A stretch of DNA of 64,000 nt from an uncultured Nitrososphaerota archaeon (GTDB lineage Archaea > Korarchaeota > Korarchaeia > Korarchaeales > Korarchaeaceae). The notes beneath the pieces were generated by a model. The model was not told the origin of the DNA and ran no database searches. It worked only from the letters and a program-made list of their open reading frames with translations. Both the position numbers and the translations under genes were made by a program. Numbering within the stretch: the first letter of the stretch is position 1; each line of letters opens with the position of its first letter. Shown here piece by piece: positions 37,101-46,774 of the stretch. The DNA lies in the NCBI GenBank assembly GCA_964594835.1, contig CAZQNA010000002.1, forward strand, positions 1 through 64,000, given 5' to 3'.

Positions 37101-38096
37101 CTATCCTCCCTTTGAGTAGAGGTGGCACGCCACGAGGTGGTCTGGCCCGACCTCGACCATCTCCGGCTCGCGCTCCCTGCACACGTCGCTGGCCTCGGGG
37201 CACCTGGGGTGGAACCTGCACCCCGGCGGGATGTCGATGGCGGAGGGTATCTCCCCCTTGAGCTCCACGGGGGCCATCCTCCTGGTGGGGTCTGGCACCG
37301 GCACCGCCGCCAGCAGGGCCCTGGTGTAGGGGTGCGCCGGGTTCCTGAACACCTCCCTGACGGGCCCCACCTCCACCACCTTGCCTAGGTACATGACGGC
37401 TATCCTGCTGGAGATGTACTTGGCGACGGCCAGGTCGTGGGTGATGAACAGGTAGGAGAGGCTGAACTCCTCCTTGAGGTCCATCATTAGCTCGAGTATC
37501 GACGCCCTGAGGGAGACGTCTATGGACGATACGGGCTCGTCCGCCACTATGAACTCGGGCCTGGTGATGACCGCCCTCGCTATGGCCACCCTCTGCCTCT
37601 GGCCCCCGGAGAGCTGGGCCGGGAACCTGTCGTAGAACTCCTCGGCCGGGACCAGGCCCACCCTCTCCAGCATCTCCAGGACCATCTTCCTCCTCTCGTC
37701 CCCCTCCGCCATGCCGTGTATCTCGAGCGGGTGGCCTATGGCCTCCCCCACCCTCATCCTGGGGTTCAGGGAGGCGTAGGGGTCCTGGTAGATTATCTGC
37801 ATCCTCCTCCTGAGCCTCCTCAGCTCCTCCCCCCTGAGGTCGGTGATATCCTCCCCGTCGAAGTAGATCCTGCCCTCGGTCGGGTCTATCAGCCTGAGGA
37901 TGAGCTTCCCCGTCGTGCTCTTGCCGCTCCCGGTCTCCCCGACGAGGGAGAGGACCTCCCCCCTCCTTATGCCGAACGTCACCCCGTCGACGGCCCTGAC
38001 GAACCTCCTCCTCCGGGTCAGGAGCCTCTCCACGAAGCCCCTCTCTACCGGGAAGTACTTCTTCAGCCCCTCGACCCTGACAAGCTCCTCGCTCAT
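37101..38096 (-). CDS. dppF: Oligo/dipeptide ABC ATP-binding protein
   Basis: [34 protein letters not shown]. Confidence 0.93.
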   Translation of the reverse strand: MSEELVRVEGLKKYFPVERGFVERLLTRRRRFVRAVDGVTFGIRRGEVLSLVGETGSGKSTTGKLILRLIDPTEGRIYFDGEDITDLRGEELRRLRRRMQIIYQDPYASLNPRMRVGEAIGHPLEIHGMAEGDERRKMVLEMLERVGLVPAEEFYDRFPAQLSGGQRQRVAIARAVITRPEFIVADEPVSSIDVSLRASILELMMDLKEEFSLSYLFITHDLAVAKYISSRIAVMYLGKVVEVGPVREVFRNPAHPYTRALLAAVPVPDPTRRMAPVELKGEIPSAIDIPPGCRFHPRCPEASDVCREREPEMVEVGPDHLVACHLYSKGG

Positions 38097-39091
38097 CCTC
38101 CCTCCCCCCCTCCTCCGGCCCCCCTCGAACCTGCCGAGGCGTAGAGGTGGCACCTCACGAACCTCCCGTCAACCTCGACCGTGGCGGGCTCCTCCTTGTC
38201 GCAGGGCTCGAACCTCCTGGGGCACCTGGGGTGGAACCTGCACCCGAGGGGCGGGGCCCTCAGGTCGGGCGGGGAGCCGGGTATGGAGACCAGCCTCTGG
38301 TCCTCCAGCTCGACGTTGGGTATGGCCTTGAGGAGCTCGGCCGTGTAGGGGTTGAGCGGGTCTCTGGCCATCACCACCGAGGGGGAGTACTCCACGACCC
38401 ACCCGCCGTACATCACGGCTATCCTGTCGGCCACCTGCATCTCCAGCGCCATGTCGTGCGTGATGAGTATCACGCTCATCCCCATGCTCCTCTGGAGTTC
38501 CCTGAATAGGTGCAGGATCTGGGCCTGGACTATGACGTCCAGAGCCGTGGTGGGCTCGTCCGCTATGAGGAGGTCCGGCTTGAGCGCTATCGCCGAGGCT
38601 ATCATGACCCTCTGCCTCATCCCGCCGCTGAACTGGTGGGGGTAGTCGTCGTACCTGTCGCTGGGTATTCCCACGGCCTCGAGGAGCTCCTCGGCCCTCC
38701 TCCGGGCCTCAGACTTGGTGACGTCCTCGTGGGCCAGGATGGTCTCCGCTATCTGATCCCCCACCTTCATGAGGGGGTCGAGGGAGGTCATGGGGTCCTG
38801 GAAGACCATGCCGATCCTCCTCCCCCTGATCTCGCGCATCCTGTCCTCGCTGAGCTCGGTGAGGTCCAGGCCGTCGAACAGTATCCTCCCCTCGACTATC
38901 TTCCCGGGGGGAGGGATCAGCCTCGGGATGGCCAGGCCCAGGGTGCTCTTCCCGCTCCCGGACTCTCCCACCAGGCCGACCAGCTCCCCCTTCCTTATCT
39001 CCAGGTCGACCCCGTCGACGGCCCTCACGACGCCCCCGGCTGTGAAGTAGTGGACCTTCAGCCCCTCTATCCTCAGGAGTTCGTCGCCCAT
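38093..39091 (-). CDS. dppD: Oligo/dipeptide ABC ATP-binding protein
   Basis: GESGSGKST, YPHQFSGGMRQR, DEPTTALD. Confidence 0.94.
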   Translation of the reverse strand: MGDELLRIEGLKVHYFTAGGVVRAVDGVDLEIRKGELVGLVGESGSGKSTLGLAIPRLIPPPGKIVEGRILFDGLDLTELSEDRMREIRGRRIGMVFQDPMTSLDPLMKVGDQIAETILAHEDVTKSEARRRAEELLEAVGIPSDRYDDYPHQFSGGMRQRVMIASAIALKPDLLIADEPTTALDVIVQAQILHLFRELQRSMGMSVILITHDMALEMQVADRIAVMYGGWVVEYSPSVVMARDPLNPYTAELLKAIPNVELEDQRLVSIPGSPPDLRAPPLGCRFHPRCPRRFEPCDKEEPATVEVDGRFVRCHLYASAGSRGAGGGGEGG

Positions 39092-39094
39092 CTC

Positions 39095-39961
39095 TCACGC
39101 CTCCCTCGGGTTCAGGATCGCGTCGAGCCCCTCGCCTAGCAGGCTGAACCCCACGCAGAGGAGGATTATCATGAGTCCCGGAAAGGTGACGAGCCACCAG
39201 TAGCCGGAGAGGAAGTACCTCTGGCCGTTCCTCATGTCGAACCCCCAGTCCGGAGTGGGGGACGGGACGCTCAGCCCGAGGAAGCTCAGGCCGGCCTCGG
39301 TCAGGACCGCGTCCGCCACGTTTAGGGAGAAGACCACCAGTATCGTGGGCAGGACGTTGGGCAGGAGGTACCTCCTGAGGATCGTCCGGTCCCTCGCCCC
39401 CAGGGCCCTGGCCGCCTCGACGAAGGTCCTCTCCTTGAGGCTCAGCACCTCCCCCCTGACCATCCTGAAGTAGGTCGGCATGTAGACCACCGCTATCGAT
39501 ATGGCCGTGTTGTAGACCCCTGGCCCGAGCATTGCAGCCACGGCTATCGCCAGTATGAGCCCGGGGAAGGCGTATATGCTGTCCATCACCAGCGAGAGGG
39601 CCCTGTCGAACACCCCTCCCCTGTACCCGGAGAGGAGACCCAGCGGCACGCCCACGGAGAGCGAGATGAGCGTGGACAGCGAGACCACGGTGAGCATCGT
39701 CCTGGACCCGTGGAGGACCCTGCTGAAGACGTCCCTCCCCAGCGAGTCGGTCCCCAGCGGGTGGCCCCTGGAGGGCGGCAGGATCGGCCTGTCCGCTATC
39801 TCTATGGGGTCGTAGGGGGAGAGGACGTCGGCGAAGATTGCCATCCCTATGACCAGCAGCACTATCGCGAGCCCGACCCCGAGCATGAGCCTCTCTATCC
39901 CCCTGGCCCTTCCCAGGGTCGCCAGTCGGCCCCTCGCGAACCGCTCGATGACCCCAGACAT
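39095..39961 (-). CDS. dppC: Oligo/dipeptide ABC permease
   Basis: HPLGTDSLGRDVFSR, FVEAARALGA, EAGLSFLG. Confidence 0.93.
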   Translation of the reverse strand: MSGVIERFARGRLATLGRARGIERLMLGVGLAIVLLVIGMAIFADVLSPYDPIEIADRPILPPSRGHPLGTDSLGRDVFSRVLHGSRTMLTVVSLSTLISLSVGVPLGLLSGYRGGVFDRALSLVMDSIYAFPGLILAIAVAAMLGPGVYNTAISIAVVYMPTYFRMVRGEVLSLKERTFVEAARALGARDRTILRRYLLPNVLPTILVVFSLNVADAVLTEAGLSFLGLSVPSPTPDWGFDMRNGQRYFLSGYWWLVTFPGLMIILLCVGFSLLGEGLDAILNPREA

Positions 39962-39975
39962 CGCCCGACCCTCCC

Positions 39976-40989
39976 TCAGTACCTGATCCTCGGGTCGATG
40001 TACGCGTAGATCAGGTCGACCACGAGGCTCACCAGGGCCACGAAGAGGGCGTAGAACACTATGGTCCCCTGGACCGTGGTGAAGTCCCTGTAGATTATCC
40101 TCTCCATGAGGAAGGTCCCCATCCCCGGCCAGGAGAAGGTGGTCTCCGTCAGGACCGCGCCGGCGAGCAGGAGCGCGAACTGGAGGCCCATCATGGTCAG
40201 GATGGGTATGAAGGCGTTCTTCAGGGCGTGCCTGAAGAGGACGACCCGCTCCGACACCCCCCTAGACCTGGCGGCCCGGATGAAGTCCTGCGCCAGGACC
40301 TCGCTGAGGCTCGACCTGACCAGCCTGGTGTACACGCCCGAGAGCACCACTCCCAGCGTCAGAGACGGGAGCGTCAGGTACTTCAGGGCGCTGGCCAGGC
40401 TGCTCCAGTTGAGTGTGAGGATGGAGTCGAGCACGTAGAGGCCCGTTATGTGCTCGGGCTCCATCATGGGCCCTATCCTTCCCCCGATGGGGAACCAGCC
40501 CAGCTTGACCCCGAAGATGTACTGGAGCATCATGCCCAGCCACGGTATGAAGAGGGCGTAGACCACGATGCTGTAGACCCTCATGGCCAGGTCCCACCCG
40601 CTCCCCCTCCTGAGACCGGCCACGGTCCCCGTGGCTATCCCCAGGAGGACGCTCACCGCGAAGCCGGACACGGTCAGCTCGACGGTGGCCGGGAAGTGAT
40701 CCATGATCTCGTCGATGACCGGCCTCCTGCCCCATATCATCGAGTTGCCCAGGTCCCCCCGCAGCACCTGGCCCAGGTAGTCCAGGTACTGCCTCCAGAG
40801 GGGCTTGTCCAGGCCCAGCTGATGCATCAGCTGCCTGATCTGCTCCTCGGACGCCTTCATCCCGACCATGGCGAGGACCGGATTCCCGGGGAGGACCCTC
40901 ATGACCAAGAAGACGACGGTCAGCAGGATGAAGATCATGGGGATCGTGAGGAGCACCCTCGTCAGGACGTAAGCCCTCAGCGAGGCCAA
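39976..40989 (-). CDS. dppB: Oligo/dipeptide ABC permease
   Basis: LGLDKPL..QY, GDLG.S, FIRAARSRG, ETTFSWPGMG, DPRIRY. Confidence 0.93.
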   Translation of the reverse strand: MASLRAYVLTRVLLTIPMIFILLTVVFLVMRVLPGNPVLAMVGMKASEEQIRQLMHQLGLDKPLWRQYLDYLGQVLRGDLGNSMIWGRRPVIDEIMDHFPATVELTVSGFAVSVLLGIATGTVAGLRRGSGWDLAMRVYSIVVYALFIPWLGMMLQYIFGVKLGWFPIGGRIGPMMEPEHITGLYVLDSILTLNWSSLASALKYLTLPSLTLGVVLSGVYTRLVRSSLSEVLAQDFIRAARSRGVSERVVLFRHALKNAFIPILTMMGLQFALLLAGAVLTETTFSWPGMGTFLMERIIYRDFTTVQGTIVFYALFVALVSLVVDLIYAYIDPRIRY

Positions 40990-41064
40990 CTGACCACCGC
41001 CCGTGGGGCTCGCCTTCACCCTAAAAAGGTAAATCTCCGCGAGGCCCCGGTTCGACGGGGGTCA

Positions 41065-41085
41065 GAAAAAAGGAGGGGTGGGGGG
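41065..41085 (-). terminator. Pyrimidine/oligo-T terminator after the peptide-binding gene
   Basis: Minus strand CCCCCCACCCCTCCTTTTTTC. Confidence 0.55.
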
Positions 41086-42732
41086 TCAGCCCTCCACCTT
41101 GTAGATCAGGTAGTACCTGAGCAGCATGACCGGGTCCAGGACTATGCCGTGTACGTTGTCCTTCGCGGCCAGGACCAGCTTGCCCTGGAATATCGGTATT
41201 ATTGGGGCGTCGTCGGCCAGGATCTGCTGGACCTGCTCGTAGAGCTGGGTCCTCTTGCTCTGGTCAAGCTCCGTCTGAGCCTGCTCAAGGAGGACGTCCA
41301 GGTCCGGGTTGCTGTAGGGCTCGCCCAGCCAGCGGTTGGAGCCGGTGTGCAGGAACGGGTAGAGGAAGTTGTCGGGGTCTATGTAGTCGGGGTACCAGCC
41401 GTAGAGGGTCACGGGCAGCTGGCCTTGCCTGGTGAGGTCGAGGTAGGTCGACCACTCGGCGCTGTGGACGTTCACCTGGATCATGCCGGTCTCTTCCCAG
41501 GCGGCCTTGATCAGGGCGGCCACGTCGGCCTCCGTGTCACCGTAGTGGGTGGTCGTGTACCAGAGGTCGACCACCAGCTTGTTCTCCTCGGAGTAGCCGG
41601 CCTGCTGGAGCAGCTGCCTGGCCAGGTCTATGTTGTGATCACCGTACTTGTCCTTGAAGGCGTCTATGTGGCCCCACATGCCGTTGGGCACGAGGCTGTA
41701 CAGGGGCTCCGTGGTCCCCATGAAGACGGTGTCGCAGATCGCCTGCCTGTTCAGGGCGGCCGCGAGGGCCTGCCTGACCAGCTTGTTGTCGAAGGGCGGG
41801 ATGTTGGTGTTGATGACTATGTACCTGATGAAGGAGCCTGGGTTCTCGTAGATCTTGATGCCGGGCTTGCCCCTGAGGTCCTGTATGTCCGTCGGGTTCA
41901 GGGTCCTCCAGGCGACGTCTATCTCCCCTGCCTCCAGCGCCATCCTGAGGGAGGTCGCGTCCTTGTAGAACCTGATGATCACCCTCTTGGTCTTCGGCTG
42001 ATCCCCGTAGTAGTACGGGTTCGCCTCAAGGATCAGCTCCTGGTCCCTCGTCCACTTCACGATCTTGTAGGGCCCGACGCTGCCGGCGGTGTTGTCGGAG
42101 GACACCTCGTCGGCCGGGTACTTGTCGGGCGGGATCGGGAAGTAGGTCGGCACGGCCAGGACGGCCGGGAAGAAGGCGATGGGCTGCTGGAGCACGATCT
42201 TGAGCGTGTAATCGTCCACAACCTCGGTGTAGTTGACGAAGTCGAGCACGAACCAGGCGGGATCGCCCTCGATCCTGGCCACCCTGTCTATGGACCACTT
42301 CAGGGTCTGGGCGGTGCAGGGCGTCCCGTCGGCGAACTTCAGGTTCTGCCTGAGGTGGAGGATGTAGACCTTCCCGCCCTCCTGCACCTCGTAGCTCTCT
42401 ATTATCCCCTCAGTGAGCTCGGTCGTCCCGGGCTTGTACTTGAACGGACCCTCCCCTATGTTGTTGAAGACCTCCCAGGTGTAGAAGTCGTACGCCATGG
42501 CCGGGTCCAGGTCGCTCACCTTGTCGGTCACTCCGATGATTATGGTGTCAGCGTACTTGGGCGCGGGAGGGGCTGTGGTCGTGGGAGCGGGCGCCGCCGT
42601 CGTGGTCGGGGGAGCCGTGGTGGTTGGAGGCGGCCCCGGCCTCTTGGCGAGGTAGGCGCCCACCACGATCAGCAGCACTATCACGATGAGGGCGCCCAAG
42701 ACCCCCTTAGATATTCCGGGCCTCTTTTTCAT
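41086..42732 (-). CDS. dppA: Oligo/dipeptide ABC substrate-binding protein
   Basis: N-terminal TM and P/T linker; LDPA, LRQNLKFADG, GPYKI, W.PDY.DPD; SD GGAGGTG. Confidence 0.93.
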   Translation of the reverse strand: MKKRPGISKGVLGALIVIVLLIVVGAYLAKRPGPPPTTTAPPTTTAAPAPTTTAPPAPKYADTIIIGVTDKVSDLDPAMAYDFYTWEVFNNIGEGPFKYKPGTTELTEGIIESYEVQEGGKVYILHLRQNLKFADGTPCTAQTLKWSIDRVARIEGDPAWFVLDFVNYTEVVDDYTLKIVLQQPIAFFPAVLAVPTYFPIPPDKYPADEVSSDNTAGSVGPYKIVKWTRDQELILEANPYYYGDQPKTKRVIIRFYKDATSLRMALEAGEIDVAWRTLNPTDIQDLRGKPGIKIYENPGSFIRYIVINTNIPPFDNKLVRQALAAALNRQAICDTVFMGTTEPLYSLVPNGMWGHIDAFKDKYGDHNIDLARQLLQQAGYSEENKLVVDLWYTTTHYGDTEADVAALIKAAWEETGMIQVNVHSAEWSTYLDLTRQGQLPVTLYGWYPDYIDPDNFLYPFLHTGSNRWLGEPYSNPDLDVLLEQAQTELDQSKRTQLYEQVQQILADDAPIIPIFQGKLVLAAKDNVHGIVLDPVMLLRYYLIYKVEG

Positions 42733-42812
42733 CCTGTGCACCTCCGATGAGGCTGATGGACCCCTGCGCGCTCAATTCTAAAATCTTACCTCAAACGGGC
42801 ATCGTCGGGCGG

Positions 42813-42833
42813 TTTGTTAATTTTCTTTACAAA
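42813..42833. promoter_or_regulatory. Palindromic operator upstream of the peptide ABC operon
   Basis: TTTGTTAA-TTTTC-TTTACAAA (7 of 8 arm positions pair) in an AT-rich patch. Confidence 0.5.
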
Positions 42834-43016
42834 ATCGTCGGCCAACACCTCGGCCGACCCGACCTGCCCCGACCCCTGGGCCGCGGGGGGAGACGCGTTC
42901 GCCCGCCGAGCCCCTCGGCCTGGCCGTCCCCGCCCACCCGGGGGCTCCAGCCAGGTCGAGCCGCGCCGGGTGAACGAAATTAAGGTGGGTCCAGAGGGCC
43001 CACGGGAGGTGTACCG

Positions 43017-43724
43017 ATGAGGCGGTGGAAGGGGCTGTTCATCGCCTTCGAGGGAATCGACGGGGCCGGGCTCACCACCCACTCCAGGATGGTCGAGAGG
43101 TGGCTGATCGAGGAGAGGGGCATGGAGAAGGTGCTCCTGACCAAGGAGCCCACGGACTCGATGATAGGGTTCATCCTCAGGGGGATCATGAGCAGGCAGG
43201 TCAGCATAACCCCCTACCCACACGTGATGGCCCTCCTGTTCGCCGCGGACAGGCTGTACCACCTCTACGAGGACCCGTACGGGCCCGGGCCGAGGCACAG
43301 GGGGATACTCTCGGCCCTGAAGGAGGGCTACGTCGTGATCTCGGACAGGTACGTGGTGTCTTCCATGGCCTACCAGGGGGGGAGGGACGTGGGCGCCCTG
43401 TCCCTAAGCGTGGACCTGGACTGGGTCAGGGAGGTGAACAGGTACGCCCCCCTCCCCGACGTGGTGGTCTACCTGGACGTCCCGCCGGAGGTCTCCACCA
43501 CCCGGATAAGGAGGTCCAGGTGGACCTGGCAGATATACGAGAACCGGGCCGACCTGATGGACACGCACCGAAACTTCAGGGCGCTCCTGGACTCCCTCAG
43601 GGGCGAGGGGGTCACGGTCGTCGAGGTCAGGGAGGTGGAGGACGGCAGGGAGAGGCCGGTCGAGGAGGTCCAGGCCGAGATAAGGTCTCGGCTGGCGGAG
43701 ATCCTCGACGAGCTCGGCATGTGA
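43017..43724 (+). CDS. tmk: Thymidylate kinase
   Basis: FEGIDGAG, TKEPT, LLFAADR, SDRY..SS.AYQG. Confidence 0.93.
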   Translation: MRRWKGLFIAFEGIDGAGLTTHSRMVERWLIEERGMEKVLLTKEPTDSMIGFILRGIMSRQVSITPYPHVMALLFAADRLYHLYEDPYGPGPRHRGILSALKEGYVVISDRYVVSSMAYQGGRDVGALSLSVDLDWVREVNRYAPLPDVVVYLDVPPEVSTTRIRRSRWTWQIYENRADLMDTHRNFRALLDSLRGEGVTVVEVREVEDGRERPVEEVQAEIRSRLAEILDELGM

Positions 43725-44880
43725 GGCCGGTCGAGGGAGGTCGAGGGGCACGAGGAGGTTCGACGTTGTGGTGGTGGGGGCGGGTCCGGCCGGGAGCGCC
43801 TCCGCGGCCCTGCTAGCCCAGGCGGGCCTCAAGGTCCTCCTGCTCGAGATGAGGAGGGTCCCCAGGCCGAAGCCCTGCGGCGGGGGGCTCACCCTGAAGA
43901 CCGTCAGGCTCCTGGAGGATCTCGGCCTGGGTCGGTCCGAGCTCCCCATCCAGAGGATCGTCGACAGGGTGCTCGTGAGGGGGTGGGGGAGGTCGGTCGA
44001 GGTCGGCCACAACCCCTGGGTGATAGCCACGGTTGACAGGGCCGAGTTCGACTCCGCCCTAGTCGAGTGGGCCCGATCGGCCGGCGCCGAGTTCCTCGAC
44101 GGGACCCCGGCCACCGGCCTTTCCCCCCGCGGGAGCCGTGCAGTCGTGAGGACTCGGAACGGGGACTACGAGGCGGACTGGGTCGTTGGGGCCGACGGCG
44201 TCGCCGGAGGGGTCGGGAGGTGGGTCGGGCTCAGGAACGGCTACCCCCGGGAGGAGCTCATCTCAGCCGTAGAGACTAGGCCCAGCGGGGAGTATGACGT
44301 GGCCCTCTTCCAGATGGACGCGGTGCCGAGGGGGGGATACGGGTGGGCCTTCCCCCTCTCCGGAAGGGTCAACGTGGGCGTCGGCGGGATGCTCCCCCTG
44401 ATGGAGGACATGAGGTCCCACCTAGAGAGGCACGTAAGGGCGCTGGGCCTGAGGATCGACTCCCCCGTGGAGCACGGCGTGATACCCATCGGCAGGTGCA
44501 GGAGGCTCCACGCGGGGAACGTCCTGCTCGTCGGGGACGCGGCCGGGCTGGCCGACCCCCTCACGGGAGAGGGGATATACCAGGCCCTTGTGAGCGCCAG
44601 GGCCGCCTCCCAGGCGATTCTCAGGGGAGATCCAGCCCACTACGAGGATCTGCTCCGGCCGCTGATGCGGGACCTCGAGCTCAGGGGGAGGGCCGCGAGG
44701 GTCGTCCTGCCGAGGATGAGGACGTTCTACGACTACATGGCGTCGGACCCGGAGATCGCCAGGAGGTACACGCTCGCCAACTTGGGCGAGCTGGAGTTCC
44801 GAGAGTTCTGGAGGTGGGTCTGGACCAGGGTCCCGGTGGCCGTGGCCAAGAGGCTGGCCAGGAGACTGGGCAGGGGCTGA
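43721..44880 (+). CDS. Geranylgeranyl reductase family FAD oxidoreductase (apparent frameshift near 43745-43748)
   Basis: FDVVVVGAGPAGS, KPCGGG, DRAEFD, GYGWAFP, GDAAG..DPLTGEGI; a GTG overlapping the tmk stop joins the frame if one G is added. Confidence 0.85.
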
Positions 44881-44895
44881 CCCTGGGGGTAGCGC

Positions 44896-45450
44896 TCAGG
44901 CCCTCACTCCCCCGCCGGAGGGCGGCAGGCAGACGGAGATAGAGGCTATGAGGCCCTTGGTCCTGCCGGCGGCCGTCGGGATGAAGACGGGGACGCTAGC
45001 GTCCACCGAGACCGACTCGAGCTCCACCGGCAGGCGGTCGGCCCACGGTAGGCCGGCCCTCCTGAGCGCATCCATGGCCTCTCCCGCGGCCACCTCCTCA
45101 ACCGACGCCCCCGCCGGCTCGACCTTGACCACCACCTCTCCGCCCCCCGAGCCCTCCGGGACCACCGCCTCCGGGGTCGAGTCTCCCCTCCGCTCGGCCA
45201 GCGAGGCGACGCGGCCGACCTCCCCGCTTGGGCACCTGACCTCCAGCACCGGTGAGTCCCCCTCGGAGCTCACCCGGACCTCCCACCCTGCGGCCCTGTA
45301 CTCGTCCGCCGCTGACTCGAGGAGGGGGAGGAGGTCGGGCAGTCTGACCTCCAGGATCAGCCTCCTGAGCCCGAGGTCGAGGGTCGCCGAGACGACCTTG
45401 GGGTCCTGGGAGAGCCTGTTCAGGACCTCCACCAGCTTAGTCGACCCCAT
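44896..45450 (-). CDS. Hypothetical protein (184 aa)
   Basis: ATG overlaps the upstream stop (TGATG); host-like codon usage. Confidence 0.7.
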   Translation of the reverse strand: MGSTKLVEVLNRLSQDPKVVSATLDLGLRRLILEVRLPDLLPLLESAADEYRAAGWEVRVSSEGDSPVLEVRCPSGEVGRVASLAERRGDSTPEAVVPEGSGGGEVVVKVEPAGASVEEVAAGEAMDALRRAGLPWADRLPVELESVSVDASVPVFIPTAAGRTKGLIASISVCLPPSGGGVRA

Positions 45451-46061
45451 CAAGCGAGCCCACCTCCCCGCTCGGCCTCTCCTGGACCCTCCCCATGCCC
45501 ATGCTCGTGTTCGTGCCCGTGCTCGTGCTCGTGAACGACGCCCGCCGGGCAGGATTCTGTGGCCAGAGAGGCGTAGAGCCTCAGCCCGCCTGGGACGACC
45601 TCGTAACCGATCAGGCTGTAGAACACCCCCTCCGGCCAGTTGAGCCTCTCGAGGAGTTCCTCCACGAGCTCCCTGGCGAGCCCCACGGCCGCCGCGCTCG
45701 CGGCCTGCCGGGGATAGATCACCACCTCCGCCACCCCCCTCCTCAGGGAGACGACGCCAACCACGTCGCCCCTCCGGTTGATCTCCTCGAGGAGACTGCC
45801 GAGCTCCTCCAGGTCCGTCCTCAGGATTATCCAGGCGTCCTCGCTGCCCTCGGTCCCCCTCCCCACTATCCGGCGCCCCAGGTACCCCGCCACGAGCTCC
45901 CTCAGCGTCGCGTCTGGGTCCTCCAGGGGGGACCACCTGACCTCGAACGCTACCAGGTACTCCCCGTCCCCCTCGTCCCTCACGAACCCCGAGGTCAGGT
46001 CGGGGGAGGACCCGACCAGCTCGCTGAGGGCCTCGGTCAACTCGGCAAGGCTCAGGCCCAA
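45450..46061 (-). CDS. Hypothetical protein with a His-rich C-terminal tail
   Basis: TTG start with SD GGAGGT; CPAGVVHEHEHGHEHEHGH tail. Confidence 0.75.
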   Translation of the reverse strand: MGLSLAELTEALSELVGSSPDLTSGFVRDEGDGEYLVAFEVRWSPLEDPDATLRELVAGYLGRRIVGRGTEGSEDAWIILRTDLEELGSLLEEINRRGDVVGVVSLRRGVAEVVIYPRQAASAAAVGLARELVEELLERLNWPEGVFYSLIGYEVVPGGLRLYASLATESCPAGVVHEHEHGHEHEHGHGEGPGEAERGGGLA

Positions 46062-46122
46062 GTGGTCGACCTCCGGCCGCCGGGGGAGGCCCCATTTTAA
46101 CGTCTCCCGGGCCGCCACCGGG

Positions 46123-46755
46123 ATGGGCCCCGGGAGGGCGGCCTGGCCTCCGGGCCTCGCGGCGGCCAGGGCTGAGGTCTACGCTGCGCTGTCGGCCCTG
46201 CTGGGGGGTGCGGGCCGTACCCAGGCGGGGGACGTCCCCTGGGCGGTGGAGTCCCTGGGGAGGTCCATCGCGGCCCTCGAGTCCATGGGGTACGAGACCT
46301 CTCCCCTCAGGGAGCTGATCACGAGGCTCGTCGTCGATCCCAGATCGTCCTCGACCCTTGTGGAGGAGAGGGAGTTCGTCTCCAGGGCGTGCGAGCCCAG
46401 GGAGTCCAGCCACGTGGGGTCCGGCGGGTACTCGGCCGAGGAGCTCCGGGAGCTGGCGAGGGCCGCGGGGGTTGAGAGCCTGGACCTCGACTCCCTTCCA
46501 GGCCAGCTCGGCCTCATGTACGTCCTGGCCTATCAGCAGGAGCTGGCGGACGCCGCCGGCGACGGTGAGAGGGTGTCAGCCCTGCTCAGGTGCCAGATCT
46601 CACTCCTGGAGAGGCACCTGCTCAGGTGGATTCCCAGGCTGGCCGAGTGCGTGGACAGGGAGCTGGGTGGAGGGATGTACCCCCTCGCCCTGTCCGCGCT
46701 CCTGCGGTTCCTGGAGGACGACAGGCGGTCTCTTATCGCCTCCCCAAGGCCGTGA
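46123..46755 (+). CDS. TorD/DmsD family molybdoenzyme chaperone-like protein
   Basis: RAEVYAALSALL, PRES, DSLPGQLGLM, LERHLLRWIPRL. Confidence 0.75.
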   Translation: MGPGRAAWPPGLAAARAEVYAALSALLGGAGRTQAGDVPWAVESLGRSIAALESMGYETSPLRELITRLVVDPRSSSTLVEEREFVSRACEPRESSHVGSGGYSAEELRELARAAGVESLDLDSLPGQLGLMYVLAYQQELADAAGDGERVSALLRCQISLLERHLLRWIPRLAECVDRELGGGMYPLALSALLRFLEDDRRSLIASPRP

Positions 46756-46774
46756 GGGGTCGACGGCGGCCAGG

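Noticed and set aside
40228-42750. Long antisense and alternate-frame ORFs (840 aa here; also 47966-49678, 24817-26118, 12531-13796)
   Set aside because: Shadow ORFs caused by high GC3 opposite well-supported genes; no recognisable motifs.
45495-45535. Short tandem repeat (GTGCTC/ATGCCC) considered as a DNA repeat or mini-CRISPR
   Set aside because: It simply encodes the HEHEHGH tail; no repeat-spacer array or cas gene is seen anywhere in the window.
44896-46413. 505-aa single ORF in the track
   Set aside because: Its upstream part is an off-frame reading of the His-tail gene and is antisense to the TorD-like gene; the true start is probably 45450.
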